From Nanobdellota archaeon (lineage in GTDB: Archaea > Nanobdellota > Nanobdellia > Woesearchaeales > UBA9642): DNA of 64,000 nt. A program made the translations under genes and the position numbers. This document shows, in pieces, positions 39,146 through 48,206 of the stretch (within the stretch, counting starts at the first letter, position 1; each line of letters opens with the position of its first letter). The DNA is taken from NCBI GenBank assembly GCA_041305085.1, contig JBFYMA010000022.1:484-64483 (forward strand), given 5' to 3'. Under the pieces are notes generated by a model, which made no database searches, was not told the origin of the DNA, and worked only from the letters and a program-made list of their open reading frames with translations.

Positions 39146-41008
39146 ATGTGTGGAATTTCAGGAATGGTTTTAGGAAATGGACAGGTTTCAGAAGATGTTC
39201 TGGAAGAAAATAACAATATAATGAAGCACAGGGGTCCTGATGATTCAGGAATATGGATTTCTAAAGACAAAAAAACAGGATTTTCCCATTCAAGGCTTTC
39301 AATCGTAGATCTTGATAAGAGATCAAAACAACCAATGATTTTTGAAAATGAAAAAATTGTCATCATTTTCAATGGAGAAATATATAACTATGTTGAGCTA
39401 AGAAAAAAACTTCAAAAAAAATACAAATTCAGAACAACATCTGACACAGAAGTTTTGGGTTATTTGTATATTGAAAAAGGAGTGAAGCTCTTAGACGAGA
39501 TAGAGGGAATGTTTGCATTCGCAATTTATGAGAAAGAACAAAATAAGACTTTTATTGCAAGAGATTTTATAGGACAAAAACCACTCATCTACTGCCAAGA
39601 TAAGGAAGGGTTTTTTTTTGGCTCAGAAATACCTGTCATTCTCAACAGCAACCCTAAACTTGACAAAAAAATTGATTATGGTTCTTTAGGTGTCTTTCTA
39701 ACTCCAAATTTCAGCCACATACCTGCACCATTCACTATCTTCAAAAATATCAAAAAGCTGGAGCCATCACATTACATAATAGTGAAACAAGGAAATATTA
39801 TTGAAAAAAAGCAGTATTACAAACTTCAAAAGAAAAAATTAAAAAAAAGAAACGAAGCTGATTTTATTTGCAGAAAAGTTAACTGGATGAAGCCTCTGGA
39901 CGTCAAATATGCCTCTTTCCTTTCGGGAGGTAATGATTCCTCACTTGTTTGCAGCTGTCTTGAAAAAGAAGCTGAAAAAAAAGTAGAGGTATATACGTTA
40001 AAGGTGGGAAATACTGATAAGGATTTTGAAAGAGCCAAATATGTTGCGAAAACACTGCATTTAAAACACAGCACAACAAATTTTAACTTTGAAAATTTTT
40101 TGAATAGTTTGGAAGACCAGATAAAAAACTTTGGCGAGCCTTATTACCACATCACTTCTGTTTATGCAGACTATATTCTGAATATGGTTGCAAAAAAATA
40201 CAAAGTTTTGTTTTCAGGCGCGGGAGGGGATGAAGTCTATTACGGGTATGACAACATCCAGTTTATTTTGATTGACTTTTTCCTTAAATCAAAAAAAATA
40301 ATTCCAAATTTTTTGTTTAAAGTTTTTCTGCCAAAAAAATATTCCTTTTTGCACGATGCAAACCATCAAAATTTCAAAGAAAAGTATTACAGCCACTGCT
40401 TTAACAGAACAAAAAATATTTTTGATTCTCAAATTGTTTGTAAAAAAACAAAAGAATACCTGAAAAAAATAAGCTCACAAATATTTATTCTCACAGATGC
40501 AAAAAATTATTTGGATATATCATACATGGCAGGAATTTATATAGAAAACAGCCATTCACTCACAATACAAAGCGATCTTGTGGGGATGAAAAACTCTGTG
40601 GAGATAAGATGTCCTTTTTTGGAAAAAAAAGTTATAGAAAGCGGATACAGTCTTCCTTTGCACAAAAAGATAAGTATTTTCAGGATAAGGGAAGGAAAAG
40701 AAGTGATAAAAAAAGCGCTTCTTAAAACTTTTTCAAAAAAATTTGTTTACTCAAAAAAAATTGGTTTTGGAGTGGAGTTCAAAGGACAAAAAAAAATACT
40801 AGAGTTGCATACAAAAAAAATAAGTAAGTACTTGAAAGATTTGGCAAAAAGAAAAGAGTTCAGCAACCTAGAAATAAGCAATATTCTTAAAAGAAAAAAA
40901 GAAAAAAAGTTTATACTTTTGATGAAGCTTTACTGCATCGAGACATGGTTTAAGGAATTTATCGACAAAAAAAATCATGATGTTAATTATTTTTTAGCAC
41001 AAAAATGA
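39146..41008 (+). CDS. asnB: asparagine synthase (glutamine-hydrolysing)-like amidotransferase
   Basis: N-terminal MCGISGMV (Ntn Cys) and PP-loop SGGNDSS. 620 aa. Confidence 0.85.
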   Translation: MCGISGMVLGNGQVSEDVLEENNNIMKHRGPDDSGIWISKDKKTGFSHSRLSIVDLDKRSKQPMIFENEKIVIIFNGEIYNYVELRKKLQKKYKFRTTSDTEVLGYLYIEKGVKLLDEIEGMFAFAIYEKEQNKTFIARDFIGQKPLIYCQDKEGFFFGSEIPVILNSNPKLDKKIDYGSLGVFLTPNFSHIPAPFTIFKNIKKLEPSHYIIVKQGNIIEKKQYYKLQKKKLKKRNEADFICRKVNWMKPLDVKYASFLSGGNDSSLVCSCLEKEAEKKVEVYTLKVGNTDKDFERAKYVAKTLHLKHSTTNFNFENFLNSLEDQIKNFGEPYYHITSVYADYILNMVAKKYKVLFSGAGGDEVYYGYDNIQFILIDFFLKSKKIIPNFLFKVFLPKKYSFLHDANHQNFKEKYYSHCFNRTKNIFDSQIVCKKTKEYLKKISSQIFILTDAKNYLDISYMAGIYIENSHSLTIQSDLVGMKNSVEIRCPFLEKKVIESGYSLPLHKKISIFRIREGKEVIKKALLKTFSKKFVYSKKIGFGVEFKGQKKILELHTKKISKYLKDLAKRKEFSNLEISNILKRKKEKKFILLMKLYCIETWFKEFIDKKNHDVNYFLAQK

Positions 41009-41156
41009 GCTGAGGTGTATAAACAGACCTTATTTTGGCAGCAATTTTTTCTATTGCACTTTTAAAGCTAACCCTTGGAAAATCAAAATAACAAAAATGT
41101 GCCTGATGACTGAACAGCTCGCCCTACTCCCTGCCTAAATGCAAGGTATAGATCAA

Positions 41157-41240
41157 TCAAAGATTGCTGGCATCACTCTGTGATATTCAACCCTGCGCAA
41201 TTTTCAATAAATTTCTGGCATCCCTCTGGGACATTCAGGA
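41157..41240 (-). repeat. partial copy of the intergenic repeat (reverse orientation)
   Basis: The reverse complement contains gggttgaatatcacagagtgatgccagcaatctttg, identical to the core of the copies at 50140 and 47300. Confidence 0.6.
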
Positions 41241-41625
41241 TGGAGTAGGATGTTAAAATCAAAACAATACAATAGCAGGAGTATAAAATACAAATAGAAA
41301 ATCGTGGCAAACATAACACCTGCATTTTTTTGCTGAACTGCTTTTTATCAGAATGATTTTTGGCTGGCTGATGCCAGCATTGTGCTGAGCTGCGCTCAGA
41401 ATACACCTGATTTTGTCAGGCTATGGCCTGCCATTGGAGGGTTTAGGCCGCGCAAAGCGCGGTTATTGTATTCATTCTGATCAATATTTTACAAGCCTGT
41501 AATTTTTATGATTCTTATGATTCTCATAATTCTCATAATCTCCACAATTCTTAATTCGATGCCTGAATGCTCGCAAAATTTAACACACCAAAAATTATAT
41601 AAATAAAGGAGATTCACTTTGTACT

Positions 41626-42765
41626 ATGAGGGGGGTTTGGTTCTTTGCGCTTATATTGATTCTTGTATTTGTATCTTCGTGCGTCCAGCAGTCCGAAACA
41701 GGAATAATCAAAAAGGGCGTTCAGAACGCTGTATCTTACAACAACACAAAAGACTGCCTTACCCAGAGTGGTGTGTGGAGAGATTTCTGCTATAAAGAGG
41801 TTGCCATAAATCAGGACAGTGCTGGTCTCTGCGAAAAGGCAGGCACAACAATGGATGCCTGCTATTACGGGATTGCAAAAAACAGGGTTGACGAATCTTT
41901 GTGCGCAAAAGCTGGTGGAGAGATGGACAACTGCTATTATGATGTTGCAAAAGAAAAAGAGGATGAATCAATATGCAAAAATGCAGGACTAAGAAGGGAT
42001 GTGTGTTTTGAAGACATTGCATTAATGAAATCAGACGAAACAATCTGCGAAGACGCAGGCAGAAGAAGGGATGACTGTGTTGCAGGGATTGCCCAGAAAA
42101 CAAATAATGACCTTTTGTGTGAGGATGCAGGCAAGAAAAAAGGCTTCTGCTATTTTATGCTTGCCCAGCAGAAAAAGGCAGAAAACCTGTGCATGAATGC
42201 AGAGGAGATGAAGGGCAACTGCTATTACAAGCTTGGAGTGCTGTTGGAGGATGCGCTGCTTTGCAACTCAACATACAGTGGAGCCTATTTCAATTTATGC
42301 TATAAGGAAGTTGCAGTTATTTTGAAAAATGAAAAATTTTGCCAGAGCGCAGGCAACAAGTCAAATGAATGCTATTGGGAGACTGCAAAAGCAAAATCTG
42401 ATGAAAGAATTTGTGAATCAATAGAGGATGACCAAAAAAGCTCAGAGAGCTGCTTTTATGATTTGGGTGTTGCCAAAGAAAACATTTTAATATGCAACAG
42501 GGCAGGCTCTCAAAAGAATGCCTGCTATATCAAGGTTGCATCCAGCACAAAAGATGCCAGCATCTGCGAGCAGACGGCCAGCAAGGATTCCTGCTATGTG
42601 GCTGTTGCCCAGTCAGTAAAGGATGAGTCTTTGTGCGATAATGCAGGCAGCAAAAAAGAAGAATGCTATTTTTCTCTTGCAAAAATAAAAAAACAGAGTG
42701 ACCTGTGCGCATCTACAGGGGAGAGCCAGCAGGCCTGCATGAAGCTCTTTGAAGTTGTAGAATAG
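41626..42765 (+). CDS. secreted/lipoprotein-like repeat protein: 14 tandem 24-aa two-Cys repeats
   Basis: Signal peptide ending VSSC. Repeats follow the pattern LCxxAGxxxDxCYxxxAxxxxDEx (e.g. LCAKAGGEMDNCYYDVAKEKEDES). DNA period is about 72 bp. Confidence 0.7.
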   Translation: MRGVWFFALILILVFVSSCVQQSETGIIKKGVQNAVSYNNTKDCLTQSGVWRDFCYKEVAINQDSAGLCEKAGTTMDACYYGIAKNRVDESLCAKAGGEMDNCYYDVAKEKEDESICKNAGLRRDVCFEDIALMKSDETICEDAGRRRDDCVAGIAQKTNNDLLCEDAGKKKGFCYFMLAQQKKAENLCMNAEEMKGNCYYKLGVLLEDALLCNSTYSGAYFNLCYKEVAVILKNEKFCQSAGNKSNECYWETAKAKSDERICESIEDDQKSSESCFYDLGVAKENILICNRAGSQKNACYIKVASSTKDASICEQTASKDSCYVAVAQSVKDESLCDNAGSKKEECYFSLAKIKKQSDLCASTGESQQACMKLFEVVE

Positions 42766-42772
42766 GCAGATT

Positions 42773-44269
42773 TTAATTTTCTGATTTTGTCAAAACCTTC
42801 TTTCCAAGGCTTTCAAATTTTTCTCCGTCCAGGTATTCTCTTATCTTTGTTTTGAGATCCTCAACTTTTACTCTTATCTGGCTCTCTGTGTCCCTCTCCC
42901 TGAGGGTTACTGTATTGTCCTTCAATGAATCAAAGTCTATTGTTATGCAAAGCGCAGTGCCTTTTTCAGCTTCCCTAAGATATCTTTTGCCAATGCTTGC
43001 TGACTCATCATAGCTACACACAAACTCTTTGTTGAGCTCTGCAAAAATATTTTGGCCCATTTCAGGAAGATTGTCTTTTTTTACAAGCGGAAGTATTGCA
43101 GCTGTTACAGGACTCATGCTAGGCTTGACCCTTAAGGCTGTTTTCCCCTCATTCTTTGTCTTTATGTCATAAAAATTATCCAGAAGGCAGAAAACAGGCC
43201 TGTCTGTTCCAAAAGCAATTTCCAGCACATGTGGATGCTGCTTTTTGTTTTTATCATTAGGCACTTCAAAGCTTTTTCCTGAAAACTTTTCATGCTGTTT
43301 TAAGTCATAGTCAGTCCTGTCGTGGATGCCGCAACACTCAATCCATCCAAAGCTGTCAGTCTTTATCTCAAGGTCCCAGGCATCGTCTGCGTAAAAAGCC
43401 ATTTCTTCTTTGCTGTGCTGCTTAAGCCTGATGTTTTGCTCTTTGAAGCCCATCTCCCTGAACAAGCTGTATGCTATTGTAATTGTCCAGGCATATGCAT
43501 AGTTTTTGAAAAGCTTTTTTTTCAGTGCGTCTTTTACAGAAATGTTTTCCTGCTTGTCCTTTTTGTTGCTGATGAGCGGAAGAACTGTTTTTTCTATTGT
43601 TGTAATATTGTAATCCTTTTTCTGCTCTGGAAAAATAAAAAGCTGGGCCTCTGCCTGGGTAAACTCTCTCATCCTTACTATGTGCTGCCTTGGGCTTATC
43701 TCGTTTCTGTAGGCCTTCCCAATCTGGAATACTCCAAAAGGAAGCTTTTTCCTGAAAAAATCGTAATACCTGATGAATGGAAGGTATGTGGTTGTGGCTG
43801 TTTCAGGTCTTAAAAATGCTTCTGTGTCTATGCCAATAACTGTTTTGAGCATAAGGTTGTGCTTTTTTATTGTTTTTGGAAGCGTTGCCTGGCAGTTTGG
43901 GCACTTGAAATCATTATTCTTGAAAAATTCTGGATAATTAGAGATTTTTTTGCCTGGAAAAAGCTCGTTCACTATTGTTTCAATCTTGAATGAGGAATTG
44001 CACTTTCCGCACGTTGCAACATCATCTGTAAATCCTCCAAGATGGCCTGAAGCCTCCCATACCCTGCCAGGCATTATGGTTGGCAGCTCCACCTCCCAAA
44101 AATTGTGCTTTTGGAAGTGCCTTCTTATGTGCTCCTCTACCTTGTTTTTGAGCAGCTTTCCAAGAGGTGCATATGTGTAGAATCCTGACAGTCCGCCATA
44201 TACTTCTGGAGAAGGCCCCCACACAAACCCTTTTTGCTGCAAAAAGCTTATCAGCTCTGATGCATTCAT
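42773..44269 (-). CDS. glyS: glycyl-tRNA synthetase (archaeal/eukaryotic-type class II)
   Basis: N-terminal FVWGPSPEVYGGLSGFYTYAPLG, class II motifs, C-terminal anticodon-binding domain. 498 aa. Confidence 0.85.
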   Translation of the reverse strand: MNASELISFLQQKGFVWGPSPEVYGGLSGFYTYAPLGKLLKNKVEEHIRRHFQKHNFWEVELPTIMPGRVWEASGHLGGFTDDVATCGKCNSSFKIETIVNELFPGKKISNYPEFFKNNDFKCPNCQATLPKTIKKHNLMLKTVIGIDTEAFLRPETATTTYLPFIRYYDFFRKKLPFGVFQIGKAYRNEISPRQHIVRMREFTQAEAQLFIFPEQKKDYNITTIEKTVLPLISNKKDKQENISVKDALKKKLFKNYAYAWTITIAYSLFREMGFKEQNIRLKQHSKEEMAFYADDAWDLEIKTDSFGWIECCGIHDRTDYDLKQHEKFSGKSFEVPNDKNKKQHPHVLEIAFGTDRPVFCLLDNFYDIKTKNEGKTALRVKPSMSPVTAAILPLVKKDNLPEMGQNIFAELNKEFVCSYDESASIGKRYLREAEKGTALCITIDFDSLKDNTVTLRERDTESQIRVKVEDLKTKIREYLDGEKFESLGKKVLTKSEN

Positions 44270-44331
44270 GGAGTTATTGAAGAAACCAGAAGTTTAAATA
44301 ATTGATGGTTTGGGGATATTATTGAAAATTG

Positions 44332-44372
44332 CGCAGGGGTTTAATACCCCTACCTTCAGGTCGCGGGAGGAG
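44332..44372 (+). repeat. degenerate fragment of the intergenic repeat
   Basis: ttgaaaattgcgcaggggtttaatacccctaccttcaggtcgcggg matches the hairpin module of copy 3 (47212). Confidence 0.5.
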
Positions 44373-44382
44373 GTTATTTGAA

Positions 44383-44724
44383 CTATTCCCTCTCCTCTTT
44401 TTTCTTTGGTCTGCTCTTTTTCTCAAAGTACTCATTTACTATCTTCTCCATCTTTGGCTTAGCGTCTTTTCCAAGCTTGTAATAGATCTTTTCAGCCTCT
44501 CCGCCCCAGGAATAGTCTCCTTTTTCCTTTTCTATCCTGTCAACCAAGAATTCTCCTGTTGCAACGCCCTTTTTCAGATGGTAATAAATAACGCGAAGGG
44601 TTACTTTTGGAAAAATGTCCCTGTAAGCCTTGAATATCTCATAACCATGGGCACGCTTCATAAAATAGAGCAGTTCCACCATGTTCTGCCTTATGCCTGA
44701 GCCTATAGGTCTCCCCCTTGCCAT
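44383..44724 (-). CDS. PadR-like winged-helix protein
   Basis: HGYEIFKAYRDIFPKVTLRVIYYHLKKGVATGEF resembles the PadR HTH-wing pattern. Basic C-terminal tail. Confidence 0.45.
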   Translation of the reverse strand: MARGRPIGSGIRQNMVELLYFMKRAHGYEIFKAYRDIFPKVTLRVIYYHLKKGVATGEFLVDRIEKEKGDYSWGGEAEKIYYKLGKDAKPKMEKIVNEYFEKKSRPKKKEERE

Positions 44725-44769
44725 GGCATTGAAAATAATTAATTTTATTTATAAATTTTGCTATGAGCA

Positions 44770-46119
44770 TCATTTTTTGTAGCAAAAAGTGCAGAAAGAC
44801 CTTCCTAATCCAACTTTTTCTGCTATCTGAAGCACTTCATCCATAGAGGGGCGCACATAGAAGTCTGCTCCAAGGAGTTCTGCAATCTGCTTGTTATTTC
44901 TGCCTTTTCCTGCATAAAAACTTTTGTCTTCAAAATCCCTTCTTCTTGGGCAGTTTCCTATTATTTCAGGAGAGCCTGCAACAACTACAACTTTTTCTGC
45001 ATACGTTCTTGCCTGGGAAGTGATCCATCTGAGTGTTGAGCCGCTCCTTACCATATCATCTATTAGGAATAGAGACTTAAGCTTTCTTCCAATGTTGCAC
45101 ACAGAATACTTTGCCCTGAAGTCCAGATCTGAAATATATTCAGGATCTTCTGGAAGGATTTTTGAGCCTCCGTAATGGGTTCTTGTGAAAAGAATAACTT
45201 CTTCATTATCTTGATTTTGCCTCAAAAAGATTTTTACAAAACCATTCTTGTAATGTATCCCTGAGTTCGGGACAACTGCAACTGCTTTTGCAAGATGCCC
45301 GTATTTTTCAGCAATCATCATGCCTACTTCCTCCTTGAATCTGGCTATTTTCTGGTATGTAGGCATGGAGAAATAATCTATAGTGTGAAAGCAGAGCTCA
45401 CTTTTTGTTTTTTCTGCAAAACGTTTTTTTTGCACCCCTTCTTTGCTTATATTGTAGAGCACTCCTGGCTCAACTTCTTCTGCTTCATAATCCTCTCCAA
45501 TGTATGAGGAAAGAATCTGGAAGCAGTGCTTGTCTGTTGCAAGAACCGTTTTGCTGTTGTGCCTTGCAATGCTCAAAGGAATTGTGCCCTCAGGGCTTCT
45601 TGCTGCAAATATTTCATCGTCAACCATTATTAATGCATTGTAAGACCCTTGAACTTGTTTTAATGCATCTATTATTTTTTGGCTTATTTCAGGCTTTTTG
45701 GATTTTACTATTAAAAACATCAAAAGCTCTTCATCAGTCCTGTCTGTGAAAAGAATTCTTTTTCTCTCAATCTTGCTGTAAATAGCTTCAGAATTTGCTA
45801 TCTTGCCGTCAAGACAAATGCTTATGCTTTTTTCCTGATGCTTTGCAGAAATAGGAGGAACATTTTCTTTAGAATTGTTTAAATGGCTTGCAGAATACTG
45901 CGTGCTTCCAATTGCTATGTTGCCAATAATCTGGTCCAAATTGTCTTTGAAAGCGCTTCTCGGGTTGTCAAATCCTTTTACAATATTGTGACCTTCCTTG
46001 TTGGATACTGCAATTCCGGACCCATCCTTACCCAGATGCATAGAGTTGTGCAACATAAGATAAGCCAGTATTCCAGCCCTTTTTCCTCTTGGCTCCCAAA
46101 CAGCTACCTGCCCCCCCAT
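44770..46119 (-). CDS. purF: amidophosphoribosyltransferase (PurF)-like protein lacking the N-terminal catalytic Cys
   Basis: Ntn-glutaminase-like N-domain aligned to PurF but beginning MGGQV, not MCG. PRTase motif LFLIDDMVRSGSTL. C-terminal CxxC (SFCTFC) like Fe-S-type PurF. Confidence 0.65.
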   Translation of the reverse strand: MGGQVAVWEPRGKRAGILAYLMLHNSMHLGKDGSGIAVSNKEGHNIVKGFDNPRSAFKDNLDQIIGNIAIGSTQYSASHLNNSKENVPPISAKHQEKSISICLDGKIANSEAIYSKIERKRILFTDRTDEELLMFLIVKSKKPEISQKIIDALKQVQGSYNALIMVDDEIFAARSPEGTIPLSIARHNSKTVLATDKHCFQILSSYIGEDYEAEEVEPGVLYNISKEGVQKKRFAEKTKSELCFHTIDYFSMPTYQKIARFKEEVGMMIAEKYGHLAKAVAVVPNSGIHYKNGFVKIFLRQNQDNEEVILFTRTHYGGSKILPEDPEYISDLDFRAKYSVCNIGRKLKSLFLIDDMVRSGSTLRWITSQARTYAEKVVVVAGSPEIIGNCPRRRDFEDKSFYAGKGRNNKQIAELLGADFYVRPSMDEVLQIAEKVGLGRSFCTFCYKK

Positions 46120-46237
46120 GTTTTGCGAAAATATTTTTGTTAATATAAACTTTTGTATATGGGATAAAATTATTGGTTTGCGGATAACATTTACTATTCC
46201 AGTAACTTTTTAAACCAAAAAAAAGATCGATGAAATC

Positions 46238-47191
46238 ATGTATGCTTTTGAGCTTTCCAAGAAAAACATGCAATTATCTGAGTCTGAAGTGCTAGAACTT
46301 TTAGGAATAAAACAAAAGCCTAAGCTTATTGAAAACTTTCTTTTTGCAGAAAAAATTGGCGGAAAAATAATTGAAAAAGCCAGCAGGCTTGCGTTTACGC
46401 GAAAAGTTTTCAAGCTGCTGTTTGATGGAAGCAAAAAAGACCTTGAAAAGCTTATGAAAAACTTTTCCTGGAAAAAAATTTACAGGTCAAGCTTTGCGCT
46501 CAGGGTTTACAACAGTCCAGAATGGCAGGAAAAGGATCTTGCAGGATTTATATGGAGGGCTGTAAAAAACCCAAAAGTTGTTCTTGAAGACCCATTCACA
46601 ATGATTGCGGTAGTTTTTTTTGGAAAAAGATTTTTTTGCTTTCAGGAGCTATGGAAAAATTCTCAGAATTTTGAGGCAAGAAAGCCCCAGAACAGGCCAG
46701 AGCAGCACCCATCCTCTCTTGATCCAAGGCTTGCAAGAGCAATGGTGAATCTTGCATCATCATCAAACATTATCGACCCTTTTTGCGGAGCTGGAGGAAT
46801 ATTGATAGAGTCTGCGCTTATGGGGCTTAAGACAAAGGGAAGCGATTTTGACAGGGTCATGATAAACAGGGCAAAGCTGAACATGGCCCATTTTGGCATA
46901 AAGGATGTTAAGCTGGAGCAGAAGGATGCGCTGGCTGCAAGAATTGGCAAAAGCTTTGCAATTGTCACAGACTTTCCCTATGGCAAGAATACAAAGGTTT
47001 CTGATGCAGGATCCCTTTTGAAAAGATTTCTTGAAAAAGCAAAAAAGCAGGGAGTAAACAAAATTGTTATAGGGCTGAATAACAGCATGCCGTATAATAG
47101 GATAATAAAAAATGCAGGATGGAAGACTAGGAAAGAGTTTTCAATATACATCCACAAAAGCCTTACGAAGAGGATTGTTGTGCTTGAATGA
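46238..47191 (+). CDS. THUMP-domain RNA (guanine-N2) methyltransferase, Trm11/Trm14-like
   Basis: SAM motif I DPFCGAGGILIE and motif IV DFPYG (N2-G MTase type). N-terminal THUMP-like region. Confidence 0.7.
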   Translation: MYAFELSKKNMQLSESEVLELLGIKQKPKLIENFLFAEKIGGKIIEKASRLAFTRKVFKLLFDGSKKDLEKLMKNFSWKKIYRSSFALRVYNSPEWQEKDLAGFIWRAVKNPKVVLEDPFTMIAVVFFGKRFFCFQELWKNSQNFEARKPQNRPEQHPSSLDPRLARAMVNLASSSNIIDPFCGAGGILIESALMGLKTKGSDFDRVMINRAKLNMAHFGIKDVKLEQKDALAARIGKSFAIVTDFPYGKNTKVSDAGSLLKRFLEKAKKQGVNKIVIGLNNSMPYNRIIKNAGWKTRKEFSIYIHKSLTKRIVVLE

Positions 47192-47211
47192 GGAATTTGA
47201 GCTTTTTGTTA

Positions 47212-47398
47212 TTGAAAATTTCGCAGGGATTTAATACCCCTCACTTTAGTGCGAAATTCTTCAATTCCAAAAATGTGCCTTACAAGATTGCGAGCATGTA
47301 ATATTCCAGAGGGATGCCAGCAATCCTTGATTGCTCTGCACCCCTGCATTTAGGCAGGGTATAGGGTGAGCTATTAAGTCATAAGGCACATTTTTGTT
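47212..47398 (+). repeat. structured intergenic repeat, copy 3 (degenerate tail continues to about 47530)
   Basis: ttgaaaatttcgcaggg...gtgcgaaattcttcaa hairpin, then aaatgtgccttac...gatgccagcaatccttgattgctctgcacc...cataaggcacatttttgtt. The terminal stem is perfect. Confidence 0.75.
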
Positions 47399-47584
47399 AT
47401 CATGATAACACAACTGCGCACTGTGGTGCACAGCCTAGACTCGCCAAAGGAGGGCAATAGCCAGGCAGAGCCGGGTTTTTCCTGAGCAGAGCTCAGTAAT
47501 CTTCTGGCAGGTGCCAGCAATATCATCATGATTAAGCATTATTCTGCTTTATACAAAAAATAAAAATAGTTGACTCTTACTTCT

Positions 47585-48079
47585 TCACTTCTTTATGCTC
47601 TTATATACCCTCTCCAGCTCTTTATCGTCTGCAATAATGTTGTTCATGGCCTCTATTATGACATTCACATCGGTTATCATGTCCTTAAGAAGGCCTGCCT
47701 CCAGCTCCTGAATTGTGGGCCTGTCCTCAAGCATGCCTATGAGCTCGTTCAAGTTTTTCTTTATCTTCCAGATCTGCTGGTTCTTGTCGTTCAAAAAGCC
47801 GCCGTCGTTGAGCCTGATGAAATCTTTTTTCTGAGCCTCCTCGTTTGTGATGTCAACTATGTCTGAAGAGACTATCTCAACTTCCCTGTGGAGCTTGAGA
47901 AACATGTTTCTGAGATCTTCAAGATCTTTTTCCCTGTCTCCAGGCTTCCCGTCTTCAAGTATTCCTTTTAGCTCCAGAATCTTTTTTTCAGAGTCCAGAA
48001 TGAGCCTGCAAATCTGCTTGTTTATGCTTTTGTCCTTTATCTCTATATTAAGAACATTGCTTTTTTTTGAAAAAACCAT
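47585..48079 (-). CDS. hypothetical coiled-coil protein
   Basis: 164-aa charged, heptad-rich ORF. Confidence 0.45.
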   Translation of the reverse strand: MVFSKKSNVLNIEIKDKSINKQICRLILDSEKKILELKGILEDGKPGDREKDLEDLRNMFLKLHREVEIVSSDIVDITNEEAQKKDFIRLNDGGFLNDKNQQIWKIKKNLNELIGMLEDRPTIQELEAGLLKDMITDVNVIIEAMNNIIADDKELERVYKSIKK

Positions 48080-48206
48080 GATTACACCTCTCTGCTTTTA
48101 AGCCAGAAGTCATATTTAAATATTTTTATACTGCCAAAACAAAATATTTATATATCTTCTTGTTTTTGTCTACTCAGAAGGGGTGAGAATTGATTATTTG
48201 TAAAAG

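Noticed and set aside
41173-41406. 77-aa ORF on the minus strand
   Set aside because: It lies entirely in repeat-derived intergenic sequence. Its composition is Cys/Ser-rich junk, with no RBS or TATA context.
41500-41560. CRISPR-like or microsatellite tract (gattcttatgattctcataattctcataatctcc)
   Set aside because: The units are 8-10 nt and irregular, there are no spacers of defined length, and no cas genes are nearby. Treated as simple-sequence debris.
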